Shown piece after piece: positions 17,344-25,169 of a stretch of 26,767 nt of DNA; the first letter of the stretch is position 1; the number at the start of each line of letters is the position of its first letter. The notes beneath the pieces are model-generated. The model was not told the origin of the DNA. It did no database searches and was given only the letters and a program-made list of their open reading frames with translations. The position numbers and the translations under genes were made by a program. The stretch covers positions 1 to 26,767 of the forward strand of contig JBBIRR010000049.1 in NCBI GenBank assembly GCA_037441705.1, given 5' to 3'. This stretch comes from Ignavibacteriales bacterium (GTDB lineage Bacteria; Bacteroidota; Ignavibacteria; UBA10030; UBA6906).

Positions 17344-19227
17344 ATGGTCAGAACCATTCGTACAAAAATCATCTGGGCTTTCGGGCTGCTGGTGTCGCTT
17401 AATCTCGCGGCGGGGTTCCTTTCTATCTACAAATACTACGAGCTGGGGACAACGGTGGCGACGATCCTGCGTGAGAACTACCTGAGCGTGTTGGCCGCCG
17501 AAAACCTGGTGAAGTATCTTGAAGGTCAGGATAACGCGCTTCTCGTTGCGAGCCAGGGCGAGGAGGCCGGCGTGAGCGGGACGTTTGAGGATAACAAGAT
17601 GTCCTTCTACTACTGGTACGAGCAAGCGTTTCGGGCGATGCCGGAAGGGCAACTGCTGGGCGTTCGAGACTCGCTCCAGAGTGTGCGCAAGAAGTACCTT
17701 GCCGTGACGGACACAATGCGCGGCATGATCCAGCAAGGCGCCTTCACCCAGGCGAAGAACTACTACTACGAAGCGGTGCGTCCCGTCTCCGAGGAGTTGC
17801 GAACGTTGTGTTTCCGCCTCTTCGAGTACAACCAGGCCGCCATGTACAAACTCGAAAGCAAAACACACGTCATTGCCAACCAATCCGCTTACGGGATGAT
17901 TGTTGCCTCCATCATCTCGCTGGCGCTCAGCGTCATAGCCACCGTGTGGTTGACGAAGGTGTTGATCAAGCCGGCGGAAGCGTTGACCGAGCGCGTGAAG
18001 CAAATCGGCGCGGGGCAACTGGATCTCAAGATCGACGTGCTGTCGAATGACGAGATCGGGGCGCTGAGCCGGGAGTTCAACAAGATGACCGAACGCCTTC
18101 GCCGCTTCGAGCAGATGAACATCGATAAGATCCTTGCCGAGAAGCGGAAGTCGGAGGCGATCGTGGACAGCATCTCCGATGGCATCATCGTGACCGATGC
18201 CCAGATGAATATCCTCCACATCAACAACCTTGTGGCGGAGCTGTTTGGGTACAAGGATGTTGAAGCAATCGGCAAGCCGGTTGCGTCGGTGATCAAGGAT
18301 GAGAGAATCATGAATCTGATCGAGTCGGCGTCGAGCGACAGCGGCGGGAACGGGGCGGAAGAGCCGGCGCCAACCGACAAAGTGAACCTGCTGCAATTTG
18401 CCCACGGCGAGAGGCAGGTGTATTTCCGGCCCAAACTCACCCGTGTGTTCGACAGCGAAGGGAGGTTATATGGTGTGTTGACGATCCTGCAGGACGTCAC
18501 ACAGTTCAAGGAGTTGGACCGGTTGAAATCCGATTTCATCGCCACGCTTTCGCATGAATTCCGTACGCCGCTGACGTCCGTGAACATGAGTGTCGACATT
18601 TTGAACCAGGAACTGTTAGGCCCGCTCAACGAGCGGCAGAAGGAATTGATTCGCTCGACAAAGGAAGATGTCCAGCGGCTGACCAAGCTGGCGCGTGAAT
18701 TACTGCAGCTCTCCAAACTCGAATCGGGAAGGCTGCAGTTCAAGAACGAGGAACTGAACGTTCGCTCGCTTATCGAGGCAACGACCAAGACACTGCAGAT
18801 CCAGTTTCAAGAAAAAAACGTTCGGCTGCTGACCGAAATTCCCGAAGACCTCCCGACTCTCATCGCGGACGAGCAGCAGCTCTCCTGGGTCATCAACAAT
18901 CTTGTCACCAACGCATTGAAGCATACCGACGACGGCGGACGGGTGACCGTGCGTGTGAAGCACCGTTTCACGGACATGCTCTTCGAAGTGGAGGATACCG
19001 GGCACGGCATCCCGCGGGATTATCTCGACAAAATCTTTGATAAGTTTGTGCAGATAAAAAGCGTCTCCGCTTCAACGCCCGGCAGTGTGGGATTGGGCCT
19101 GGCCATTGCCAAGGAGATTGTGGAGACATACGGCGGGCGCATCTGGGTAACGAGTGAAGTGGGGAAGGGCAGCACGTTCTCGTTCACACTGCCGCTTCAG
19201 CCCGCTGTGGTGCCCGCAATTCAGTAA
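17344..19227 (+). CDS. Membrane sensor histidine kinase (periplasmic sensor-HAMP-PAS-HisKA-HATPase), KinB-like architecture
   Basis: Two TM; HAMP (DEIGALSREFNKM); PAS (DSISDGIIVTD); H-box SHEFRTPLT; N-box NLVTNALKH; DTGHGI; GLGLAI. Confidence 0.93.
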   Translation: MVRTIRTKIIWAFGLLVSLNLAAGFLSIYKYYELGTTVATILRENYLSVLAAENLVKYLEGQDNALLVASQGEEAGVSGTFEDNKMSFYYWYEQAFRAMPEGQLLGVRDSLQSVRKKYLAVTDTMRGMIQQGAFTQAKNYYYEAVRPVSEELRTLCFRLFEYNQAAMYKLESKTHVIANQSAYGMIVASIISLALSVIATVWLTKVLIKPAEALTERVKQIGAGQLDLKIDVLSNDEIGALSREFNKMTERLRRFEQMNIDKILAEKRKSEAIVDSISDGIIVTDAQMNILHINNLVAELFGYKDVEAIGKPVASVIKDERIMNLIESASSDSGGNGAEEPAPTDKVNLLQFAHGERQVYFRPKLTRVFDSEGRLYGVLTILQDVTQFKELDRLKSDFIATLSHEFRTPLTSVNMSVDILNQELLGPLNERQKELIRSTKEDVQRLTKLARELLQLSKLESGRLQFKNEELNVRSLIEATTKTLQIQFQEKNVRLLTEIPEDLPTLIADEQQLSWVINNLVTNALKHTDDGGRVTVRVKHRFTDMLFEVEDTGHGIPRDYLDKIFDKFVQIKSVSASTPGSVGLGLAIAKEIVETYGGRIWVTSEVGKGSTFSFTLPLQPAVVPAIQ

Positions 19228-19232
19228 GCCTT

Positions 19233-20552
19233 ATGTCCGACAAAGCCACCGTTCTGCTGGTTGATGACGAGCAGAACATTCTGAAAACCGTCACCATCGG
19301 CCTCGAAGCCGTCGGCTTTGCTGTCACCGCCTACGCCGATCCGCTGAAGGCTCTCGATGCTCTGCACGAGACGTCCTTCGATCTCGCCTTTTACGATCTC
19401 AAGATGGCGCCCGTTGACGGCATGGAGCTGTTGAAACAGACGCGAAAGCTTTCGCCTGCCACCACGGTGATTCTCATGACGGCACACGGGAGTATTGATT
19501 CGGCGGTGGAGGCGATGAAGCTGGGTGCCGCTGATTACATCCAGAAGCCGTTTGAGTTTTCGGAACTGAAGCTGTTTGTCGAAAAGGTGTACGAACACCA
19601 CAAGCTCAAGCGGGAGCTTGCGGACCTGCGCGAGGAGCTGCAGCGCTTCCAGGGCGTGGGCGAGATTGTCACGCGCAGCGGACAAATGCGCGCTGTCGTC
19701 AATCTTGCGCTGCAAGTAGCACCCGGCAACATCACGGTGCTTCTGCAGGGCGAAAGCGGTACAGGCAAAGAGTTGCTGGCCCATCTCATCCACGATAACA
19801 GTCCCCGACGCGAGAAGCCGTTCATCGTTGTCAACTGTGCGGCGCTTGCTGAGCAACTCCTGGAAAGCGAACTGTTCGGACATGTGAAGGGTGCGTTCAC
19901 CGGTGCAACGAAGGATCGGCAGGGACGCTTTGAAGCGGCCGATGGCGGAACGGTGTTCCTCGATGAAATCGGAGAAGTTGCCCCTTCGACGCAGGTGAAG
20001 CTGCTGCGCTTTCTGCAGAGCAAAGAATTCGAGCGCGTCGGCGAAACCGAAACACGCAAAGTTGATGTGCGCGTGATTGCAGCGACGAACAAGAACCTCG
20101 AGGAGGCAGTACAGGCGGGAACGTTTCGCGAAGATCTCTACTACCGGCTGAATGCCGTCACATTGAAACTTCCGCCGCTGCGGGAGCGCATGGAAGACAT
20201 TCCTCTGCTGGTGACGCATTTCCTGAGGAAGTTCGGCAGCAATAGCGAGCTTTCGAAGGAGGCGTTCACAGCCCTGCGCGCCTATACGTGGAAGGGAAAC
20301 GTGCGTGAGTTAGAGAATGTCATTGAGCGCGCTGTTTTGCTTGCACGTGATGGAGAGATCCGACTCGAGCATTTGCCGGAGCAGTTTCAGCAGCTTGCGG
20401 CGCCCTCGGCCGGTCCGCTGTCCCTCGAAGAAGCCGAGCGTCAGCACATTATCAAAGTCCTTCGGATTGCGCGAGACCTCGAAGAAGCTGCCGCGATTCT
20501 CAACATTGATCCTGCAACACTCTGGCGGAAGCGAAAAAAGTTTCAACTGTGA
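19233..20552 (+). CDS. Sigma54-dependent response regulator (NtrC family, AlgB-like)
   Basis: Receiver (LLVDDE, YDLKM); GESGTGKE; ESELFGHVKGAFTGA; FLDEIGE; Fis-type HTH LNIDPATLWRKRKK. Confidence 0.95.
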   Translation: MSDKATVLLVDDEQNILKTVTIGLEAVGFAVTAYADPLKALDALHETSFDLAFYDLKMAPVDGMELLKQTRKLSPATTVILMTAHGSIDSAVEAMKLGAADYIQKPFEFSELKLFVEKVYEHHKLKRELADLREELQRFQGVGEIVTRSGQMRAVVNLALQVAPGNITVLLQGESGTGKELLAHLIHDNSPRREKPFIVVNCAALAEQLLESELFGHVKGAFTGATKDRQGRFEAADGGTVFLDEIGEVAPSTQVKLLRFLQSKEFERVGETETRKVDVRVIAATNKNLEEAVQAGTFREDLYYRLNAVTLKLPPLRERMEDIPLLVTHFLRKFGSNSELSKEAFTALRAYTWKGNVRELENVIERAVLLARDGEIRLEHLPEQFQQLAAPSAGPLSLEEAERQHIIKVLRIARDLEEAAAILNIDPATLWRKRKKFQL

Positions 20553-20758
20553 GCCGGAGGAGCGGCGTCGTTGCGCCTCCTACATCCAAAGTCAAGACCT
20601 CGCTCGAAAAACCTCCTCGCCCGAACGTTTGACTTACACCCTTGCGACCGTCTCGCGGGGTCCATTGTCGCGTCATGCCGAGAGCGAGTTCGGCAAGGAA
20701 TCCTTTCTTCCTTTCAATATCGGTTCTGTCCTACGCAGGCACGCTCACATCCCGGGAA

Positions 20759-21781
20759 TCAAAGTCCACCAAGATGTTTCTCGATATCGAATGAATACTC
20801 GGGGAACTTCGTCTTTAAGAACGACATGATCTGCGGCTTGTCTCGAACAAGAGCTTTGAATTGATCTGTGTCTAAACCAAGTTGGCGAGTGCACTTGTCT
20901 CGCACTGTGTTGGGATGGACGTCTTTGTGTCTGGCAACTTCGTTTACAGCGCTGACAAAATCACGACCTTTTACCATGAGTCCGCTAACTTCCAGAATCT
21001 GGCTTAGCGCGGCGCTTCCGGGAACGATGTCAGGAGTTGCGGAAACACCACCTAGCGGACGCGGAGTAGGCGGGACAGGAGAGACCGGCGAGGGTTTCTC
21101 AGCTGGTTTGTAACTCTTGATGAACTCAATTGCCTCATCAAGCGTGACCTTGTGGCCAGCCTTTTGGACCAACTCGACAAGTGCTTGTGGGAGACTTGGA
21201 AAGGGTGGCTCATCCACCATTCGACGGGCTTGTGGCAGAGCGTCATCCATCGCCCTTTGTTTAAGTGTGAACTTTAGGTAATTCTTTGCCTCCTGTTCAG
21301 CAGTTCCGTTCTCAATCTCAGACTTTGACAAGAACGCTTTCAGAAATACTTCCGTGTCTGCGACATCATCGGTGAGCAAATCTACCACTTTGAAAACCTT
21401 CTGATTGAAGGCGCCGCTTGTTTGGGGATAGTAGAACCTCCATTTCCTGCCATCCGTGATTATTGAGAACATAGCTGTTAGATTGGTGTTGTAGTCACGC
21501 ATCTGAGTCTCAATTGCGGGTAGATTTGTATCGACAAGCCCGACAGCTTTGACCTCAATGAAGACCCATGGAATGTCTGAGCTTGTAAAGAGTGCATAAT
21601 CCACTCTGGATTGATTCTCGTTCGGGATTGGCTTGTATTCAGTGAATACTTCCTTGGGATTCCATACGTCCCATCCAAGCGCCTGCAAGATCCTGCCAAC
21701 GAGTGCGAACCTGACATGTTCCTCGTTCTGATAGACATTGGTGCGCAGCTTCGATTGGATGTCTGTGATGATTTCCTTCAT
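20759..21781 (-). CDS. Cassette protein with HsdR N-terminal-like PD-(D/E)xK nuclease domain and unknown C-terminal domain
   Basis: NEEHVR...LQALGWD...EY...RVDYAL...FIEVK...QMRDY...ITDGRKWRFY; Pro-rich linker; helical C-terminus; no helicase motifs. Confidence 0.8.
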   Translation of the reverse strand: MKEIITDIQSKLRTNVYQNEEHVRFALVGRILQALGWDVWNPKEVFTEYKPIPNENQSRVDYALFTSSDIPWVFIEVKAVGLVDTNLPAIETQMRDYNTNLTAMFSIITDGRKWRFYYPQTSGAFNQKVFKVVDLLTDDVADTEVFLKAFLSKSEIENGTAEQEAKNYLKFTLKQRAMDDALPQARRMVDEPPFPSLPQALVELVQKAGHKVTLDEAIEFIKSYKPAEKPSPVSPVPPTPRPLGGVSATPDIVPGSAALSQILEVSGLMVKGRDFVSAVNEVARHKDVHPNTVRDKCTRQLGLDTDQFKALVRDKPQIMSFLKTKFPEYSFDIEKHLGGL

Positions 21782-21815
21782 TGAGTACCCTCGCTAGTGT
21801 TGTGAGCGTGCTTGC

Positions 21816-21946
21816 GCATAACGTTTGGCAGCGCAACGCAGTGGCACGCCGAACTATAATAAATCAATTTCTCGTGAAGGCGTGCCATTGAGCGACCTCT
21901 TTATTCCTTTTCAAATGTGGGAGCGTCGTTGCGCTGCCTGTTATGC
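21816..21946 (-). repeat. attC site
   Basis: Minus strand reads GCATAAC AGGCAGCGCAACG ... CGTTGCGCTGCCAAAC GTTATGC; 131 bp; begins 16 nt after the DUF5655 gene stop. Confidence 0.9.
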
Positions 21947-21962
21947 GCCGCTTGCCCGTGAA

Positions 21963-22877
21963 TTATGCGTTGAGTTTGTACGACTGACGGACGAGTGAAA
22001 CGATATACTCCAATTCGTCGTCGGACGTTATTTGAATTTGATAATCGCCGTTGCCCCAATGTCCCACGGAAGAAACATCGCGGGCGAGCTTTTTGGGATC
22101 ATCGAGCTTGCCCTTCGCTAGGTTGAGATAAATCTTGAGCGACTTCTGGAGAACGACAACATCCGTGATATTGGTCTTGGAACGAAAGGCGATGTACTGT
22201 TTCATCGGACGGACGGTAATGTCTGGACCGATTGACAGCACAAGTTCTTTGAATCGGTTGTACAGCTCCGCAATCTTGGGTTCAGCAATCTTGAGATGGC
22301 CCTCTTCCGTGTAAGTCTTCACTTCCTTGCTGATCTTCTCTACGACCGCACCTTTCTTTGAGACAGTCTTGATCGATGCACTCGCCTGAGATGGCTTGTG
22401 CTGGTCGAATCGCACGGTATTGTTGGCGTATCGGTGGACTTCCCACAGTTCAATGGGCAAGTCCTTGAAGTTGATTGCATCGAGTTGGAAGTTTGTGAAA
22501 GAAGGGGAGATGAACATAACTTTGGACTGCGACCAATCGACATCGTCTCGCTTGAGTGAAGCATTGCAACGCTCGTTGTACTCAAGAATGAACTCTGCTT
22601 TATTGTTGAGCATCAGTCCGAGATAACTCATACCCTGATCGACAACAGAGAAGTTACGGTCTTTCTTGTATTCGATGATGACGAAGGATTTCGCTTCCTT
22701 GTCGAATGCCAACGTGTCGATTCGCAGGCCGTTGAGTGAGAATTCGCCCCGGACAAGCTGCAATCCAAAAAGCGAGCCCAGATTGGTCTCGACAATTTCT
22801 TGAATCTCCTTCTCAACTTTAAAGGGATTCTCTTTGATCGGTTCGACTTTGTTCTCAGACAGCTTGAATAGTGGCAT
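21963..22877 (-). CDS. Cassette protein: NucS/DUF91-like PD-(D/E)xK domain fused to a DUF5655-like domain
   Basis: EKEIQ...RIDTLAFD...VIIEYK...DQGMSY; C-terminal KQYIAF...LDDPKKLARDVSSVGHWGNGD. Confidence 0.8.
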   Translation of the reverse strand: MPLFKLSENKVEPIKENPFKVEKEIQEIVETNLGSLFGLQLVRGEFSLNGLRIDTLAFDKEAKSFVIIEYKKDRNFSVVDQGMSYLGLMLNNKAEFILEYNERCNASLKRDDVDWSQSKVMFISPSFTNFQLDAINFKDLPIELWEVHRYANNTVRFDQHKPSQASASIKTVSKKGAVVEKISKEVKTYTEEGHLKIAEPKIAELYNRFKELVLSIGPDITVRPMKQYIAFRSKTNITDVVVLQKSLKIYLNLAKGKLDDPKKLARDVSSVGHWGNGDYQIQITSDDELEYIVSLVRQSYKLNA

Positions 22878-22913
22878 TGGGGCAACGTTCCTTATTCAGT
22901 TCGGGCAAATGGC

Positions 22914-23063
22914 GCATAACGTGTGCGGGCACTATGCCGCCCCGCCGACTATGCTTTTCTATCAACTGACGGCGGGGTGGAACGAGTACAACCGATGGAG
23001 CCAAACCGAGAATGAACATTTCCTTACCAAATGAATCGAGTGTCATAGTGCCCGCTGTTATAC
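22914..23063 (-). repeat. attC site
   Basis: Minus strand reads GTATAAC AGCGGGCACTATG ... CATAGTGCCCGCACAC GTTATGC; 150 bp. Confidence 0.9.
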
Positions 23064-23131
23064 GTTCGTGGCCGCCATCAATCGCGGTGACTCCTTTGGG
23101 TTGTGGCACACCAAAGGCGCGGAAATACTGG

Positions 23132-23941
23132 CTATGATTCTGTCGGCGGTGGTTCGTCGTGTTGGTCCAACGGAAGCTGGTCCTCGGTTCTATCATGTGC
23201 CATGCGTCTACTCATGCAAGCTATGCACATACATTGCGAGTTTACCTTCTGCTTGTGGGCAAGACCATGAACGACATTCTGATGCGAATAGAATTTGTGA
23301 GCAATCACGTCAAAGTAATTTGTGTCCGAGGCATTGTACCTACGAAAGACGGCATATGCTATCGCGTCGGCAACTTGAACTAAGCGTGAAGCTGTCGATG
23401 TTACAAACAGTGGTGTTTCTGCCAAATTGCGAATGAACCCCCATTGTGTTCCAAGCGTTCTGAAATCTCTCGCCATTCTCTGGAGGGTAGTTTCGTGAGC
23501 GCTTTCATCGAGAATCAAGATGCCTCGTTGGCGGTCGCCTTGCTCTTGGAGACGAGAGAGATAGCGGTCGAAGCGGCTACACAAATCCTCAAATGCCAGT
23601 TGCATCACATCCGTACCCGGGTAGGAGGCCTTGTGAATTGCACATGCGAATACCTTGGCACTATCATAGGATCGCTTGACGACATCGAGAACTGCCTTGA
23701 TTACTCCTTGGGCTTCTTCACGGCGCATAGAATCCCATGGGGCAATTCGGCGTGAGTAGATTTCCGACGCATGAAATTCGATAGCATGGGGATTTGCAGG
23801 ATCTATGGTTGAAGCCAACTTATCGAGTTCTTGAACAAACCAATTAGCTTGTGCTTCATAGACAGAGATCCCGCCAAGCACCAAATATTGCTCAGCAACG
23901 TTGGCAGCGGATCCTGCATCGTCAAGATAAAGGAGGTGCAT
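23132..23941 (-). CDS. DUF3800 domain-containing protein
   Basis: LYLDDAGS at the N-terminus, EFHASEI, ILDE, LVQVADAIAYA (QxxD motif); C-terminal H...C-x-C-x2-C putative Zn site. Confidence 0.85.
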   Translation of the reverse strand: MHLLYLDDAGSAANVAEQYLVLGGISVYEAQANWFVQELDKLASTIDPANPHAIEFHASEIYSRRIAPWDSMRREEAQGVIKAVLDVVKRSYDSAKVFACAIHKASYPGTDVMQLAFEDLCSRFDRYLSRLQEQGDRQRGILILDESAHETTLQRMARDFRTLGTQWGFIRNLAETPLFVTSTASRLVQVADAIAYAVFRRYNASDTNYFDVIAHKFYSHQNVVHGLAHKQKVNSQCMCIACMSRRMAHDRTEDQLPLDQHDEPPPTES

Positions 23942-23965
23942 AGGAGGTCATTTGGTGGTGGGGAC

Positions 23966-24030
23966 AAAAAAAATGCAGCCGGGTGGAGTTGCCTCCAACG
24001 GACCGCCTAACAGCAGCCCTCCCAACCGCA
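23966..24030 (-). ncRNA. Putative DUF3800-associated small structured RNA ending in U8
   Basis: Minus strand: UGCGGUUGGG/CCCGGCUGCA closing stem, GGGCUGCU/GGCGGUCC stem, UGGAG-GCAA-CUCCA GNRA hairpin, then U8. The G-U pairs form only on the minus strand. Confidence 0.8.
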
Positions 24031-24035
24031 GGTAA

Positions 24036-24064
24036 AAGGTATCGAATGGTCATACGAATGTCAA
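24036..24064 (-). promoter_or_regulatory. Cassette-internal sigma70 promoter TTGACA-N17-TACCTT
   Basis: Perfect -35 at 24064-24059, 17-nt spacer, -10 at 24041-24036; predicted start coincides with the 5' end of the RNA stem. Confidence 0.75.
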
Positions 24065-24164
24065 GAAGAAAATCTGAATTGTGAGGTTACTCAATACATA
24101 CATGGGTGTGCCACAATCCTACTGCGACATATTTGTCGGTTTTGTTTTCAGTGGCGGCCATGAC

Positions 24165-24319
24165 GTATAACGTATCGGCAAACAACGCCGTTGCTTTTGG
24201 CGCTATGAACAACTAATTCTCTCGCGCCAAAAGCAATGGAACGAGCACAACTGGTTTTCTTACTGAGCTTCACCATAGCCATATCAAATGAGCGAGTGTC
24301 GTTGTTTGCCGTGTTATGC
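24165..24319 (-). repeat. attC site
   Basis: Minus strand reads GCATAAC ACGGCAAACAACG ... CGTTGTTTGCCGATAC GTTATAC; 155 bp. Confidence 0.9.
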
Positions 24320-24335
24320 GCAGTGCCAACACTAT

Positions 24336-24974
24336 CTATGTGTTGGTTCTGATGGCGATGTACGCCTTTGTGAAGAAAAGGAACCTTTCCTTGAAGATGA
24401 CGCAATCAGGAAAGAGTGTTGTCATTTCCTTATATGTAAGAAGACGAATTTCATTGAGAAATTGCTCAACTTGGGCTTGAGAGGGTCGGGTGATCAAACC
24501 CCACACGGTGAAATTCCTGATAAGATGCTTCTGCCACTTTTTCGGAAGAAAATGAACAAACGGCGTTATGAGATGCGGTTCGACGAAAAATTCCCTCGCA
24601 GGTGTCTGCACCCAAATATTTCTTGAGACTCTCCGTATTTCGTTTGCAAAGCGAACCTGGTTCTCCCAAGAGAACAAATGTTCGATGACGGAATTCGAGT
24701 AAGCAATATCAAATGAGTCGTCGGGATAGTCTAGGGAAGTTCCGTCGCCTTTGACAAACGTGAAATGTGGTGAGAATGAAGTTGTGTCTGTTGGAACTGA
24801 CAAATTGAGTATCGTAATCTGGCAGTTAGCGTCGATGAGATTCCAGTTTAACACTCCACCTCCAATATCAAGTATTCGCGTGTTAGGCTTGGGCTTGAAC
24901 GTGCGAAGAAAATGTCTCATCCTCTTTCGGCGGAAAAATGGCAAGAACAGTAAGTAGACTTTATGTATGTTCAT
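24336..24974 (-). CDS. Class I SAM-dependent methyltransferase (cassette)
   Basis: ILDIGGG, GDGTSLDYPDDSFDIAYSNSVIEH, VQTP motifs; GGAG upstream of the ATG. Confidence 0.88.
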   Translation of the reverse strand: MNIHKVYLLFLPFFRRKRMRHFLRTFKPKPNTRILDIGGGVLNWNLIDANCQITILNLSVPTDTTSFSPHFTFVKGDGTSLDYPDDSFDIAYSNSVIEHLFSWENQVRFANEIRRVSRNIWVQTPAREFFVEPHLITPFVHFLPKKWQKHLIRNFTVWGLITRPSQAQVEQFLNEIRLLTYKEMTTLFPDCVIFKERFLFFTKAYIAIRTNT

Positions 24975-25003
24975 CTATAAGTTCTCCATGGTGTTGGCAT
25001 TGC

Positions 25004-25151
25004 GCATAACGTCTCGCCGCACCACGCAGCGGCGAGCACTATGCTTTTCTATGAATGTGCGAGCCGTTGAGCGCACTCAACTTATCACGCCAAACATTGC
25101 TTCAACCCCGCCTTTGCAAATGTGTGCGCGACGTGGTGCGGCGTGTTAGCT
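25004..25151 (-). repeat. attC site
   Basis: Minus strand reads AGCTAAC ACGCCGCACCACG ... CGTGGTGCGGCGAGAC GTTATGC; 148 bp. Confidence 0.9.
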
Positions 25152-25169
25152 GCCGTTTGCGCCCGTAGC

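Noticed and set aside
1373-20219. Long minus-strand ORFs (1373..2647, 4799..5908, 9574..10650, 11095..12288, 17314..18405, 19221..20219 and others)
   Set aside because: They lie opposite well-supported genes in GC-rich DNA and show no protein motifs.
20556-20580. Hairpin GGAGG...CCTCC after the regulator, sharing GCGTCGTTGCGC with the first attC
   Set aside because: No U-tract and no core sites; a 12-bp GC-rich match is too weak to call a terminator or attC remnant.
23952-24035. 27-codon plus-strand ORF (TTG start after AGGAGG) antisense to the DUF3800-associated RNA
   Set aside because: Short, no plus-strand promoter seen, and the sequence is better explained by the minus-strand RNA structure; not fully excluded.
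24148-24405. ORFs spanning attC sites (24148..24405, 22855..23196, 24967..25149)
   Set aside because: They cross recombination sites and cassette boundaries and have no recognisable motifs.
21816-25151. CRISPR array or IS ends as the explanation for the repeats
   Set aside because: The repeats are long, non-identical palindromes separated by whole genes, with TAAC/GTTA cores; no cas or transposase gene is present.
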